Shown here in pieces: positions 1 through 14,222 of a stretch of 64,000 nucleotides of DNA. The notes under the pieces are model-generated. The model had not been told where the DNA came from, did not search any database, and worked only from the letters and a program-made list of their open reading frames with translations. Position numbers and translations under genes: made by a program. The stretch lies in contig NC_042998.1 of the NCBI RefSeq assembly GCF_006345805.1, positions 158,720,001 through 158,784,000 on the forward strand, written 5' to 3'. Numbering within the stretch: position 1 is the first letter of the stretch; every line of letters begins with the position of its first letter. Source of the stretch: Octopus sinensis. Lineage: Eukaryota.

Positions 1-173
1 AACCTTTGCGTATTTTCTCGAGATTACTCATGGACCAGCACCCTGGTTTTCAAATAGAAGTAATCGTTTGTACTGAGCTACAAAGATTGGTTGAAAACAC
101 AAGGCACGTTATATAAATCTGCCGAATTATCGTGTCTCCATGCCATGAAACTGCTAGTGACTCTTATATGTTT

Positions 174-450
174 CTCACTCCTCTCTCTCTCTCTCACTCT
201 TTCTTTTTCTCTCTCTTTCTCTCTATCTCTTTCTCTTTCTCTCTCTCTCTCTTTCTTTTTCTCTCTCTTTCTCTCTCTCTTTCTTTTTCTCTCTCTCCCC
301 CTCTCTCTCTCTCTCGATATATATATGTACATGCACATATATATGCATATACATAGTGTGTGAGTGTATAAGCACATATACACGTACGCACATACATACC
401 TACACACACATATACATAGATACTTACGTGTGTTTGTGAGTGTGTGTGGA
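174..450. repeat. (CT)n/(CTTT) tract followed by (TA)/(CA)/(TG) microsatellites
   Basis: Direct dinucleotide periodicity; explains the ORFs at 78-508. Confidence 0.95.
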
Positions 451-1007
451 AAAGGCATGAATGTTGCACCTCCCATTTCACTTTATCTTTGTCCTTGATG
501 AAGAGCAAGTGATATTACACGAACATGTTGTTATCGATTTTAGTTGAACCTATAACAACACCAGTTAAATTACTGTATTGATTTCGTTTGACTGACTGAC
601 TCCGCCTATAAATATTTAAGAGATTATAGAAGTCAGCAGATATAAATAACGCTAGTTAAATATGTTGAAACCGCCGAGCTGAAAATAGGCGGGAATGTTG
701 GAATAGTAACTTTAGAAGAAAGTTGGAGCAAAGGTGTGGCCAAAGAAATATAAATACACAAGAAAATGAACGAAACAAAATAAAATGAGATAAATTAAGA
801 GAGAATACCATCAAGGAATAGATAAAATCATGGCATAGAATTGAAATTCAGCCTGACTCAGAATTACTTCCTATTTAGTGTGTTTGGTTGTGTTTGCTTG
901 ATGTCAGAAAATAAACGTTTGAAAGTAAATTAAATGTTGTTGGATGAAATATGTGAATATGAACTAAATGTTGTGGTAGAAATTAATGATATGTAAAATA
1001 AAGGAAA

Positions 1008-1224
1008 GACGGCTAGCTGGCCGAGTCGTTAGAGTATCGGGCAAAATGATTTGCGACATTTCTTCTAGTTCTTTACGCTTTGGGTTCGAATTCTGCCGAG
1101 ATAGACTTTGCCATTCGCATTTTCGAGGTCGATAAATTAAGTACCAGTGAAACACTGGGTTCGATGTAATCGGCTAGTCCCCTTCCCCCTAAATTTCAGG
1201 CCTTGTGTCTTTAGTAGAAAGGAT
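1008..1224 (+). mobile_element. tRNA-derived SINE, family A (core GACTTTGCCTTTCATCCTTTCGGGGTCGATAAATTAAGTACCAGT)
   Basis: A-box-like AGCTGGCCGAGTCGTTAG and B-box-like GGTTCGAATTC; the core recurs more than 15 times in the window. From memory the core resembles the Deu/Nin-type SINE domain (unverified). Confidence 0.85.
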
Positions 1225-1239
1225 ATGTAAGATAAAAGA

Positions 1240-1452
1240 GGTAGCGAGCTGGCAGAATCGTTAGAGCGGCAAGTAAAATGTTTTGCGATATTTCTTCTAG
1301 CTCTTTCAGCTCTGAGTCCGAATTCCGCTGAGATCGACTTTGCCTTTCGTCCTTTCAGAATTGATGAATTAAACAATAGTTTAACAGTGGGATCGCTGTA
1401 ACTGACTTACCTCAACCCTTAAAATTACTGGCCTTGTGCCAAAATTTGAAAC
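1240..1452 (+). mobile_element. SINE family A, tandem second copy
   Basis: Same head and core; tail GGCCTTGTGCCAAAATTTGAAAC. Confidence 0.85.
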
Positions 1453-2301
1453 GTTGTAAAAGATGAGGAAAGAAGGAAAAGAGAAAAAAGGCAAGTAAAG
1501 AAACAGATTATGGATGTGGTGGAGAGAAATGCAACAAAGCATTTTTGGTACCCACGTTTGGTATGAAAAGATGTAATGGTGTTAGTTGTTGGTGGGAGAA
1601 GAAGATGCGGAAAACAAACCAAAAACTTGAAAGAAACGTGGTGAAGTGGGCGTGAGAATAAATATTAAGAGTGGGGAAAGAAGTCTGTGCTGGTAATGAA
1701 TTGGTTCCTTTGAAGAAAGAGGTAGCTGCATGCAGATACTACTTTAGATGTTAGAGAGAAGATACAAAAGGGGACGGATCTAAGGAAGAAAAAAAGATGA
1801 ACGAAAAAGAAGAGAGGAGAAAAAAGAAACAAAACAAGAAAGAAATAAAGAAACGGAGTAAAAGAGAAAGAAGGAACAAAGAAAGAAATGAAGAGAGAAA
1901 AAAGTAAAGAAAGAAAGGAAAGCAGGAGTAAAAGTACAAAATAGAATGTGGAAAATGTTTTTCTATTGCTTATTTGTCCTTAATATATTATTGAATGGCG
2001 AAGAAACAGAAAAATCATTGAAAACAAAATACCGATCTCTTCGAAAGGTTTTCAATTGGGTTTCCTTTCTTTCTTTTGTCTTTTTTTTCTGCGAGGGTTG
2101 AGGTGATGAGGGGATGGTGTTTATTTTTGTTTGTTTGTTCATCTGTTTTGGGCTGTTTTTTTTTGGCTTTCTCTTTCTGTTGACTCCTCCCATCATATGT
2201 GCGTGAATGTGATTGAGCTTGGTGTTCTTTGTTTCTCTTTTTTGTTTTCCTATAATGTTTTGTTAATTATGCTTTAAGTTGTGCGTTCAGAAATACACAG
2301 G

Positions 2302-2357
<56 letters not shown>

Positions 2358-2554
2358 TTTGTATGTATATGTATACATATAGAGATAGATAGACAGATAT
2401 GTATGTGTCTATATATGTATATGTATATGTATACCCATACACAAATGTGTGTGTGTGTATGTGTAAGATATACATACATGCATACATACATACACACACA
2501 CACGCACACACACACGTGCACACACACACACACAACACACACACACACACACGT

Positions 2555-2596
<42 letters not shown>

Positions 2597-2622
2597 CACA
2601 CACACACATATATATATATATA
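2302..2622. repeat. (TA)n/(CA)n compound microsatellite
   Basis: Direct periodicity. Confidence 0.95.
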
Positions 2623-3310
2623 ACTATTCGCAAGTTTCCGATTTAGAAATGGTGAATCAGTGCTTGTGATTGTTCGTAGACCACGTGATTTCGTTCAAAT
2701 CGCATTGTACATAGTGTAATGATTTTTACCCCTTCCAGGTCGGGTCATTAGAACAGAGCTGGTGTCTTTACGCCATCGAAGTGAATCGTGACTGCATGAA
2801 TAGAGGCGGTGCTGCTCGCTACACTGCTATGGCAAAATTAGTCAATCATCATCACAACCACAATAACTATTGCAGCAGCGACACCCCCACCCCACCATCA
2901 GCAACAACAACAATAATCATAATCATAATCATAATAATTGATCGAGTGAAAAAAAGATGGAGAGATTGAACATACTTTGTTGTTTTGTAATCGGTATTTA
3001 ATGTGTATTGTACAGATCCTTTCAATCTTAATATAATGTGTTGGGGCATGCGTGTGTGTGTGCGTGCGTGTGTGAGGAAGGGGGGGGGGCATGTGTGTGT
3101 GCACATGGGCGCGCGTGTGTAAGTCCGTAATGTAATGTGTTGTGTGAACTTAATGGTTGTATCCGAAAATTGCAATGGAATTTCTATGTGATATTATGAT
3201 AGTATGATAGTTTGAGCCGCACAAATCGATAGATCGGAAGTTCGTATCATGGACCTGTCTTACCACACCCTTATTATTTAATCCTTTAGTTTAGCTGACT
3301 ATCTATATAC

Positions 3311-3395
<85 letters not shown>

Positions 3396-4371
3396 CAAGT
3401 ATCATTTTAAGGGGGAAAACAGTTAATTGGCCACTATTTTCTTAAGAAATTTAATTAGTTCATTTAAAGTTAATAAAGCAAATAGCAGTAATATGATGGG
3501 GTCTTTTTATGAGGCGGCCCATGAACATTTTAGTTCAAAATTAACGACTTTGACATGATTGATGCTCAAATATTGGCCTTAGGCGAAATACATTAGCATT
3601 TCTTCTTTCATAATTTATGAGCACAGTAGAAGAGAGAAAGAGAGAAAATGGGGAGAGAGAGAGAGGATGGAGGGGGTCGTAGAAGGATGGGCTTATGTTT
3701 TAATGCTAAGTTATAACCAATTTGCCTCACGCACTTATACAAACTTGTGTTCCTTTATTTCATCACACCGTCATAACCGAAAACGATTTCACTTCATTTA
3801 CAATTTCATTTTATTTGTATATTGCTAACACGTTTTAAAATCCATAAGTGTCACATCATCCTACTTGCATTTTTACTTTTTAAGGTTTAAAAACATGTAT
3901 TTGTTACGTATCAGAGAGCAAAACATGAGTGAAATTACTAAATAACACGATATATTAGGCAGTCTCAAAGAAAATAAAACTGTAGACAGACTTTACTGCA
4001 CACGATCTGCTTCAAATGGCTGCTAGATTTCGCTCTTAGTACATTGTTAAATCGGGGTACACGTCTTAGAAAATGTAAAAGCATGCTCTACAATAAGAAT
4101 AAGGCAAGAGTTTTAATCAATCAGCTGTACTGTGTGTTTGTGTGCGTTGAGCTAACTGAATCTATTCAACAACATCCGGGTCCATGTATTGATAATAATA
4201 GCCACTAGGTGGCTTTGGATAAAGAAAACAGGTTAGCTGTTACTCAAAGTTTGCTGCTGCGGCTACTGGGTTAACTGGTTGGTCAAAGACCCGAAATCCC
4301 TTAAGATCTTCAAAACATCACTGATGATGCATCCCAGAGTATCCGTGAGATGTATCTTGGAACTAAAAAAT

Positions 4372-4800
4372 AAGGTTTTTATTAACCACAAAGGGTTTAC
4401 AAAAAGACTGAGGATGATACAAGATGATACAGTGAGGGATTACATACAAACTCGTAAATACGAGGAGTAGCAAAGAAAAAGAGAGTGAGAGAGAGAGAAA
4501 ACAAAGAACGATTCATCAGAAGTGCTAGAAAGTTTACAAGAAAAAAAAAACAGATATGCCGGGCTCTAAGGCAAGATCCTCTCCAAATTGTTCCTCTCCA
4601 AACTATAGGCGCATACTGAGACCAGCCTGTTCATTCAGCCCATGCTCGCCACAGTCATCCCTCTTTCAACAAATTTGCTGAGAATCAGAACTTCTTTCTC
4701 CACCATTATTTTCTTTTCCAAGTGAAACTTTAAAAAGTTGATGAAGATTTGATCAAATGCTTGAGTGTCTAAAGAGAATGTTTTACAGCGAACTGGCAGA
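4372..4800 (-). mobile_element. L1/Tx1-like LINE 3' fragment (ORF2 C-terminus plus 3' UTR)
   Basis: Minus frame FINFLKFHLEKKIMVEKEVLILSKFVERG aligns by eye to YFAFCLKRKVWLEKKCLQEKMFNDRW of the LINE at 24757-25080. It ends in CCCTTTGTGGTTAATAAAAA, similar to the LINE tail. Confidence 0.6.
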
Positions 4801-7800
4801 AGAAAAGCGCATGCAAGATGGATAGAAAAGGGAGTCCCATGAGATTTGACAATTTACTCTTTTTCTCTTACTCTCCCTCTCACTTTCGTTCACTCCATGT
4901 GTGTAGATGTGTATGTGTGTATGTGTGCGTGCGTGCGTGCGCGTGCGTATGTATGCATATTGTGTGTGTGTGTGTGTGTGCGTAAGCGTACGTATGTATG
5001 TATATGTCTGTGTATGTATGCATGTATTACGTATGTATGTATGTATGTATGCAGGGGAGGGGAGTGCAAAAGTGAGCCTGTATGTCTGTGTGATAAAAAA
5101 TAAATACCTGCAAGTAAAATCCTATACAGAAATAAATTTGGTGGATTACTGTGAATTATGGCTTATTCTTGTGTTATTGTTGTTGATATTATTCATGCTT
5201 GTTATTCATACTGACACCATTGCTTGTCATTATTCCCACTTCTATTTCTTGTAAAGGTATTTTACTCTCTTTCCTTTCCCCTCTCTCACTGACTTACTCT
5301 CTCTCTCATCACCTCTGTGTATGTATGTATGTATGTATGTATGTATGTATGTATGTATGCATGCATGTATGTATGCATGTATGTGAAGCAAATTACATGC
5401 TACCCTCTATTTTAAGGCGCACCTTCACTCCTATCTATTCCTAAAACTCTATTTCTGACTGAGGAAATATTAAACTTAATCCGAGTTAGTTGATACAGCG
5501 TATTTTACTGGAAATGTTTTCATATTCTGTACGAAACGAGTCACTGAATTCATTTAAAGGGCTAACCGGAAATGTGGCACACGACACAATCAAAGAAAAA
5601 GGTCCAGTATTTGACAGTATGATATTTCTAATATGGAATTTTAGCAGTACATTTGTAAAAGAGAAATGTAATCAAATCGACTCCAATTTTGATTGGTATT
5701 CATTTTATCAACCTCTGCCCGATAAAAGGAAAGTACAGCTGATGGAACTCAAGATGCAGATAGGTAGAAGCGCAATGGCGTTATCCTTTCTATCAATTCA
5801 TTGCTTTGATAAGGTTAATTAATTTATCAGTAAATAATTAAATGATTCACAGCTTCATATCTTTAAGTTTTCAGCCTAGCTGTGAAATTAAGGCCATGAG
5901 GATCGAACCGGCCTGATTCCTACTTATTTAATGAGATCAACTCATGTGAACTTCCGAAACTGGTGATAATAATAGCTTAGGGCTACTTACTAAAATGTAA
6001 ACAAGTATGTAACAAGATAAACATTCACTTACATAATTATAAGAGGTTGGTGACAGGACAATGATGTACTCTGGTAGTTTTTGTCAACCTTGTGCTACAA
6101 TGTAAATGAGTTTCTGCTACGTCTCATACTTGTTTACATTTTAATTGTTTATCGTTTAGCTAATATCATTAGCAGATAAGGATGGGGAAAGGAATAATTC
6201 TTAATGAGTTCTTAAATAACTATGAAACTAGTTATTTCTGTTGCTATCCAGGACGTCTTCCAACAATTGCATCACAACAGAATAATTTAAACGTTCGACT
6301 GCTCAAAATAAGAGTAATTTCTCCTTCAATCCACGATTGTCTTAAATAAAGAATACCACATTGTAGTTCTTAATGTTCAAAAATGATGGGATGCTTACGG
6401 CTAGGTTGCCTAAAAGTCTATTCCCTCAAAGCTGATCTGCGGCTTAACAACAATAATAACAACATCAAAAAACGTTCAAGGCTTTAGAGTTCATTCGTAA
6501 TGTCATTTTCTTGAAACACAGTTTTGAAGTGTCTTAACATTGGCACCACTTCATGACACAACAAGCACCAACAGAACAACTCAATGGTTTGTCCGTAACT
6601 GAATGGAATCTGGTGGTTAACTTTATAATTTACAGCGGCGGGATTAAATCAGTACTAAAATTATGAAACATATTTTGCGAATATTATCATTCAAATGAAA
6701 ATATAGATTGGACTTTATCAATAACAACTCGTTCAACGGCGAATAATCAATTGCGACACGGACGCTTTGAAAAAATTCCCAATTTTTTTACTCGCTCAAC
6801 GCAGATCACTGAAAACAAGTATCATTAGTATGTTGAACTCTAGGGTGCAGGAATTCTGCATAGCGTGTATTTTGGGAGGTTTTCAGATGTGTATAAAGAT
6901 TCCTCATCACCTCCGACACCGCAACTATTGAACCCACCTTAGCGAGTATCCAATATTGCTCTGTTTCTAGAATTGCTCTGGTTCGGATTAAGACGCAAAC
7001 AGAATACTGTTCCCCTTTGTATCTCTCTGTTCGCTACATGATAAAGGGATCTGTTAATTAGGAAAGCAACCAGATAAAATAATAGTATGTAGGTTCATGT
7101 TTTAAACAAGGTTTATTTCTGTCTTATCTCTGTTATCTAAATGGAAAGCACAACATCTCATCTATCTGTGACACTAAGTTACGACTTACTGTTTTCTAAT
7201 CCAGAGTTTGAAGATAATAACTCGCATGTACTAAACATTACCAAATGCAGAAGATATGAACTGCCTGGTACCGAATAGAGACTTCTGTAACAAGTCGTGT
7301 ACCAAGGAGAAGACATGCATCATATAGAAAATTTGTACCGAGTTATTCACCATGTCATCTGCTAACCGATAGAGTAAGTCATACGCCAAGTCATGTGCCA
7401 GTCTATGTTCCACGTGATGAGCCGAGTATGTACCAAGCAGTGTTTTAAATCATACACTAACCCGTAAAAGAAATTTAGCAATTCATTTACTTACTATAAG
7501 ACGTATAAACGTCAATGGTGCATGTAAACTAAAAAAATTTAATGAAGATTTTACATACTTGCATTAGTTGAATCGATAAACTATGAGACGAACCGCGAGA
7601 TCGCTAGTTCATGTCCAACACTGTTTGGTGTTTTATCCAACGTACTTTCAAATGTCCTCAAGCTGTACGCAGCCGTTTTAGCTTTTATTTTCACCGGAAC
7701 ATTTCAGCTTTTATTTTTATAATGATACTCAAGTCTTATCAAAGGAAACGTTTCAGTGTCTCCCATTCACAATATCAACTGCGTCCATACCCATATAAAC

Positions 7801-7969
7801 TACTTTCTTCACTTCTAATATTTCAAATATACAGGATCCAGCTTAAATATCTATTTTCTTTATTCCCTTTTTCCCTTCTCAGTGACTATTTGTACAATTC
7901 GTGCGCTCCTTTGTGACATCTGCTGCTGTTTCGACTTGGAAAACACAGTGAAAGAAATGACGTTACCCT

Positions 7970-8182
7970 ATTTCTAATTTGGACATAAAACAAACAATTT
8001 TAGGGGGAAGAAAACTAGCGGATCTTATTGATCCCAGTCTCATGTGGGACTTTATTTTATCTATCTCGAAAGGATGAAAGGTAAATTTGATCTCGGTGGG
8101 ATTTGAACTCACAACGTAAAATATCTGAAGAAACATCGCTAAACATTGTTTGATGCAGCCACAATTCTGCCAGCTCGCTGTT
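7970..8182 (-). mobile_element. SINE family A
   Basis: Reverse complement of the family A core (CGAAAGGATGAAAGG...ATTTGAACTC). Confidence 0.8.
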
Positions 8183-8226
8183 GCCCTAATAATACCAATG
8201 TTTACAACTGCTTTTCTTTGCCGCTC

Positions 8227-8445
8227 AATATTGATTTCAAATTTTGGCACAAGGCGAGCAATTTCGGGGAAGGGACTAAGTCGATTATATCGATCCCAGT
8301 GTTTAAGTGGTACTTATTTTATCGACCCTGAAAGGAAGAAAAGCAAAGTCGACCTCGGCAGAATTTGAACTCAGATCATGAAAACGGACGAAATGCTGCT
8401 AATCATTTTGCTCGGCATGCTGATGATTCTGCCAGCTAGCCGCCT
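8227..8445 (-). mobile_element. SINE family A
   Basis: Full reverse-complement head, core and tail. Confidence 0.85.
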
Positions 8446-9257
8446 TGCTTAAAGGTAATATTGCCACGCCATACGAGCAGTACCAAAACTAATTTTCTAG
8501 GCTACCAATGTATCCATAAGGATACATTTTTGATCGGTACTCTCATACATATAAAAATCTCAAAAAAAAAAAACTGCAATTATTTGGTTGAGTAATTTTT
8601 GACGACTTTAATGGGGACCTCATCTGCATAATGTTGCCAGATCTACAACCCGACGCCTGAGCTTACACTTTATGCTTAGAAAATACATAAACACTTGCTA
8701 ACCATGTACAGAAGTCAAGCGAGATCTCGTGAAATTACAACTAAAATATGTGAAACTGTAAGGATGTCACATTCATACATTCGACCCATTGCACATCTGA
8801 ACTTGCAAACAGCGTACCATTTTAATCTAAACCAACGCGATGCAGCCATCTTTGCACCTTTCGGCACTCTTACACACTCACAACATCAAACTCTGCAATA
8901 ATCACATTGCTATTTTCAATCCATTTTTCGGGAAGTAAACCCTCTGAAATTCCCTTCTCGATCTCATTTTTCCTCTGAGCTTCAAACTACTGAAGTGAAA
9001 GCTTAGCATTAATGATAGTAATCTTACCAGTTTTATAACGATCATGAACGAAGACCTCCTGCTGTTCGTATGTGTGCATGTCGGTAAAATATATAAGCTT
9101 ACGTTAATATGCATGCCTTGATTTAATTTCCTTTGTTCCTCGTTTATGTTGTATTACCTCAGATTTCAAGTCCATGAGCTTTAAAACTCATTCTTGTAGC
9201 AAGAAAGAAATTAAAAGCTCCTATTTGTTTGTTAGCATGTATATATATATATGCAGA

Positions 9258-9450
9258 GACACTCCGTCGGTTATGACGCCGAGTATTCCAGCTGAACCGA
9301 TCAATGGAACAGCTTACTCGTGAAATTAATGTGCAAGTGGCTGAGCACTTCACAAACATGCGTACCCTTAATGCAGTTCTCAGGAAGATTCATCGCGAGA
9401 CACCGAATGTGACTAGGTTGGACCGTTGGACTACAAATACAACTCATTCT
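9258..9450 (-). mobile_element. SINE family C, 3' part
   Basis: Reverse complement matches the 3' half of the SINE at 53744-54066. Confidence 0.8.
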
Positions 9451-9479
9451 AACCATCGAGCCATAAGCGTGCTCTCGCA

Positions 9480-10207
9480 TCGTGCGGACATTTTGGTCGA
9501 GAGACTCTCCTACCGTTATCGTTCCCTACTCTACCTTCGCCCGTCCAGAGAAAACGCCACAGGAAAGTACTGTGGTTCACACCGCCATCCTCTTTAAACG
9601 TTAAGACGAGAATAGGTAAGATCTTCCTTAGTTTAATTGATAGACACTTCCCAATAGATTCAAGAAAATATTTAACAGACATACCCTGAGATTATCCTTT
9701 AGCTGTGCACCTAGCGTAAAAAAGAATTTATTAGGTAAACCCAGACCAGGGACTGAGGCAGGTTGCTCATGCAGAAGTAATACAACTTGTCCACTAAACG
9801 CCACTGCAATACGGAAACAGTTGTTTACGAGGAAGAAGTAACGGCAACAAGATTCAATGGACAACCAAGCGTGCGAAAGTATGTGGAGGCAACAGAAGGC
9901 CCCTCAGAACACGCTCTCATAACCAAAAGTCCTCATTCAATATCCCAGAGAGACGTAACGCCACAACCCTTGCCAAGCACGTCTGGACTTTGAAAGAAAG
10001 CGCCACGGTGTACAGCATAAGGTGGAAGATCCTAGAAAGATGCAAACTGTACTTCAATAGCAGTAGGAAGTGCAGACTATGCCTGGCTGAGAAGATAGCA
10101 ATTTTAAAAGGTACCCAACGCCCGGATGTTTACCTGAATAGCAGGTGTTTAATATTTGCCGGCATGAAAAGGCGTGCATTTTATCGTACCTGCGCGTCCC
10201 ACTATGA
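9480..10207 (+). mobile_element. Penelope-like element remnant: linker plus GIY-YIG endonuclease (frameshifted), probably Naiad-type
   Basis: Translations [95 protein letters not shown] are typical PLE linker and EN motifs. Confidence 0.88.
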
Positions 10208-11329
10208 CTGCAACCCCAGGTCTCCTGCCTCGATCTTCCGCAAACAACCTTCCACGAATGCACTTGAGCCCAGCAAAAAGAGTGACCAAAGCACACACCA
10301 AGGCATTCGTGTACACATACACATTTCTATAAGGTGGACACCACACAAATTTAACTGCCTCCCCACCCAACACATACTCCTTCACAGAAATTGTACCCCC
10401 ACATATACACCCCCCACACACACACATTACACACCGCACGCTCATATACCTCCCCACACACAACTTTATCCTTTACAGAAAAACAGACCAGCGAACAAAG
10501 CTATATATACTTACATCCCCGGAAAAAAATTATACATATAACACCGCTACACATACCACACACCCCTCCCCACAGGAGCACAACATCAATAATATATACT
10601 TTCCCCACTCCAAGATAAATCTTTCCGGCTTCATAACGTACCCAATCACGGGACATAACTCCTAAACTAATCCCCTAACCCATTTTTTGTTCCACCACCT
10701 TTTTCACAGCAATCGCAGACTGGTTGTGCTAATCCACTTCCGACAATAGAGAGCAGTCGCTATATTCCCTTCCATATCGGTTAACAATGATAAGCATAAA
10801 GTTTGTTACCTAACACTCCATTGTATTCTTTACGCGATACCGATTGGTAAGACCAGCCGTGATGGATATTTGATACTATACATTTTGGAGAGAGAGGGGA
10901 AGGAGAGGTGAGAGGGAGAGGGGAGAGAGAGAGAGAAGTTTCAGAAATTAAACAGAAGCACGACAAACGGAAAATTCATATACAGAACATAGACATGCTC
11001 TTTCTTCGTCAGTTATCGTCCCAAAACATCATTACAGTTTCACGCCTTTAACGATAACATTGTCATTATTGATGGCGTTGGTGGCGTCAACAGTGAAAAG
11101 CTGTTGAGAAAAATGAGCGAACGTTGATGACATAACGAAAGCAAGTACGAATACTACAGGTGCAAAAGTACATATACTACAGGTATAAATGTAAATGTAC
11201 AAAATAAATTACACGTATTCATATAACAAAATATGGGCCGTGAAGTTCTGAAACTAGACGTGTGCATACATAACACTATGGAAAATGTCCTATAAAAAAT
11301 AAAAGATAGAACGAAAGGTATAATTCTTT

Positions 11330-11521
11330 TCTTTTCTACTCTAGGGACAAGGCCCGAAATGTTTGGGAATGGTCCATTCGATGATATCGACCCCAGTACG
11401 CAATTGATACTTAATTTATCGACCCCGAAAGGATGAAAGTCAAAGTTGACCTCTGCGGAATTTGAACTTAGAACGTATAGATAGACGAAGTACAGCCAAA
11501 CATTTCGCCCGGCGTGCTAAA
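11330..11521 (-). mobile_element. SINE family A
   Basis: Reverse-complement core and tail. Confidence 0.85.
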
Positions 11522-11767
11522 CGAAAGGTATAATTTCGTTTCTATATTTCACTCTTTTCCTCTATGTACACACACACGCACATATACATATACACTCAAA
11601 CACACACACACACATGTTGAATCAAAAGTTCCTTTAGCATTAATATAAATCATCTGACTAGCGAGATATATATAACTTTAGTGAGAATTTACAAAAAAAC
11701 AAAAGACGTAGATGGATGTGTAAACAACAAACAGATGTATTGGTTTAACGCTCGCGAAGTGAGAAAG

Positions 11768-11804
11768 TCTTTTACGTTTCGAGCCTACGCTCTTCGACAG
11801 AAAG
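11768..11804 (-). ncRNA. Ultra-minimal hammerhead-like motif (variant core) within a PLE-pLTR-like repeat at ~11660-11880
   Basis: Minus strand reads CTTT-CTGTCGA-aGAGCgtagGCTC-GAAAC-GTA-AAAG. Stem I CTTT/AAAG, stem II GAGC/GCTC, loopless palindromic stem III ACGT; A6 is replaced by U. Confidence 0.55.
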
Positions 11805-12129
11805 GAACGCAGAAATAAACAGGGAGAGAAAATAGGAAAATTTTTAGTGGCTAGCGATTTATCATGGCGAATGCCGGACAGAACTTCTTAATGTGCACCT
11901 ATAGCCTTCGCTCTTTCTCCCATCCTACGACACCAGTATCTTCGTTGACTGCAATCAGATTACTGGATCTCGAACCTGTGGCTCATACTACAAGCCCGAC
12001 CGGTTGATCCGAGTTTATCTCCACAAAGGAGCGAGATTAATGAAACAGTGTTGCTTTTAAGATATGAATATCCTCTAATATTTCGTAAAGAGTATTTTGT
12101 TCGAGTAATATGTATACCTGTGTGTGAAT

Positions 12130-12424
12130 GTACATATGTATGCAAGTATGTATGTATGTATGTATGTATGTATGTATGTATGTATGTATGTATGTATGTA
12201 TGTATGTATGTATGTACGTATGTATGCATGCATGTATGTATGTATATATGTATGTATTCTTGTACGTATGTAGATCAAAAGATATTCATAGCAAAGATAG
12301 GATATATCAAAACAAACTATACTTTGTCTATGCCATTTATATCCTAAAGGAAATGTATATGGATGGTGTATGCATGTATACATACACACTGGCGTGCGCC
12401 CATAGACACACCCATCTATATAGG

Positions 12425-12480
<56 letters not shown>

Positions 12481-12562
12481 CACACATACACACATATATA
12501 TAAGCATGTACTAATGTAATACCTGCAGAATGTGCAGCAGCAGTAGCAACAGCGACTGTAAC

Positions 12563-12624
<62 letters not shown>

Positions 12625-12700
12625 CAGCAGCAGCAGTATTATTATTATTATTATTATTAGTAGTAGTAGTAGTAGTATAGTAGTAGTAGTAGTAGTGCTT
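12130..12700. repeat. (TATG)n, (GATA)n and (AGT)n/(ATT)n microsatellites
   Basis: Direct periodicity. Confidence 0.95.
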
Positions 12701-13759
12701 CTCTTATTATGAACAACAGTGTAATTAGTCGTGGTTATGTGTACGTATGTGTGCGTGCGTTCATGTGTGTGTGTGTTTGTGTGCGTGCGCACGCGCTCGT
12801 ATGTGCGTGTGATTCTTTTATATGCTGTTGTTATGAGTGTTAGTGTATGCAGGTGGACGGCGTTGCACTGGTGTGAAAGTAGTAATCATATCTCTTGCAG
12901 CACGTATCAAGAAAGTAATGCCGACAATCACTAGAAACAAGACAAAAGATATATCCCGTCAGATACCTATTGTTATAACTGATCGTGTTGTTAACCGCCT
13001 TTCGCACTTTGAATGGACGATTTTACTGCGCCGGTACGCCTAGCTGATACCTTCTGGCCGCAAGCTGCAATTTTCTGCTAGAATTATTGTTTTAGTTTAC
13101 AGCTTCAGTAAGGAAACCTAACGAAGTCATTGTATTTGAATAGTCTGTGTAAGACAGCAAAGCGTGACTTGCAGAGTTAAACGTTAGATCGCACTGCGAG
13201 TGGGCTCGCGGCCGCGGGGCCCTTCCAGCAACGACTGTCTTTCTGTACAGCTTTTACTGGATAGGTGGAGAGAGATAGACGAAGATAGATAGAGAGAGCG
13301 AGGGGGGAGTGTTACAGGAGAAAGGAAAAGTGGCAGGAAGAAAAAAGGAGAGTCTGTTGAACGGTGGATTTAACATAGCTAATATCTATATTTCTATTCA
13401 GGCATTGCACATCAGTCTTTTCATTGAAGCACGGCTTCTGTTGTTCTAGAAACACACCGACAAGTTTATAGAGTTGTTATTCAAGTCAATCATGTTGCTT
13501 TTCACTTTTATTCATGGCTATTTGTCCTATTCTTCTCTAAATCTAACTCCTATGGTTACAGAGAATCGTTTTTGATTTTGATGTCGGATATGCATTCACT
13601 TACCATTCTGGGCCATTGTTACCGAACTTTTGTTCGCTTTCCACAGTGTCATTTATTCAACCGTAGCTCCAATTTTCTGAAATTTCTAAACTCACATTAC
13701 CCTACCTAAAACTACCCTCTTACTAAAAGTGGAAAAGAAAAAAATAAACTACTAACAAC

Positions 13760-13884
13760 AATAATAATGAAAGGAATAATAATAATAATAATAATAATGA
13801 TAATAATAATAATAATAATAATAATAGTAGTAGTAGTAATGTAGTATGTAGTAGTATAGTAGTAGTAGTAGTAGTAGTAATAAT

Positions 13885-13917
<33 letters not shown>

Positions 13918-13925
13918 ACAACAAC

Positions 13926-13983
<58 letters not shown>

Positions 13984-14000
13984 GTAATAATAATAATAAT
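13760..14000. repeat. (AAT)n/(AGT)n trinucleotide microsatellite
   Basis: Direct periodicity. Confidence 0.95.
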
Positions 14001-14180
14001 TGTTCTTGAAAAATAAAGGAAAAGTTTTAAAAGATCTGAAAGACAGATTTTGTGGATTCCAAGAAGAAAGGAAATAATCTTCCAAAATACCAGCATTATC
14101 ACACATACCAGAAAAAAAACGAACAAACACTAACACACGGGCATTGACACACATACACACGCACACACACACACACACAA

Positions 14181-14220
<40 letters not shown>

Positions 14221-14222
<2 letters not shown>

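Noticed and set aside
4280-4365. CTGATGA followed by a TGCATC/GATGTA stem
   Set aside because: No properly placed GAAA or cleavage triplet; at most a decayed ribozyme.
7231-7440. 60-aa minus-strand ORF with LAHDLAYDL periodicity
   Set aside because: Explained by a decayed ~12-bp minisatellite; no domain recognised.
9765-10170. Possible selenocysteine (TGA) recoding, as reported for some Naiad PLEs
   Set aside because: The conserved Cys positions here and in the 18.8, 21.4 and 26.7 kb remnants are TGC/TGT, and I recognised no SECIS.
13190-13230. GC-rich patch with a NotI site as a promoter
   Set aside because: Too short, with no downstream exon or core promoter motif that I can support.
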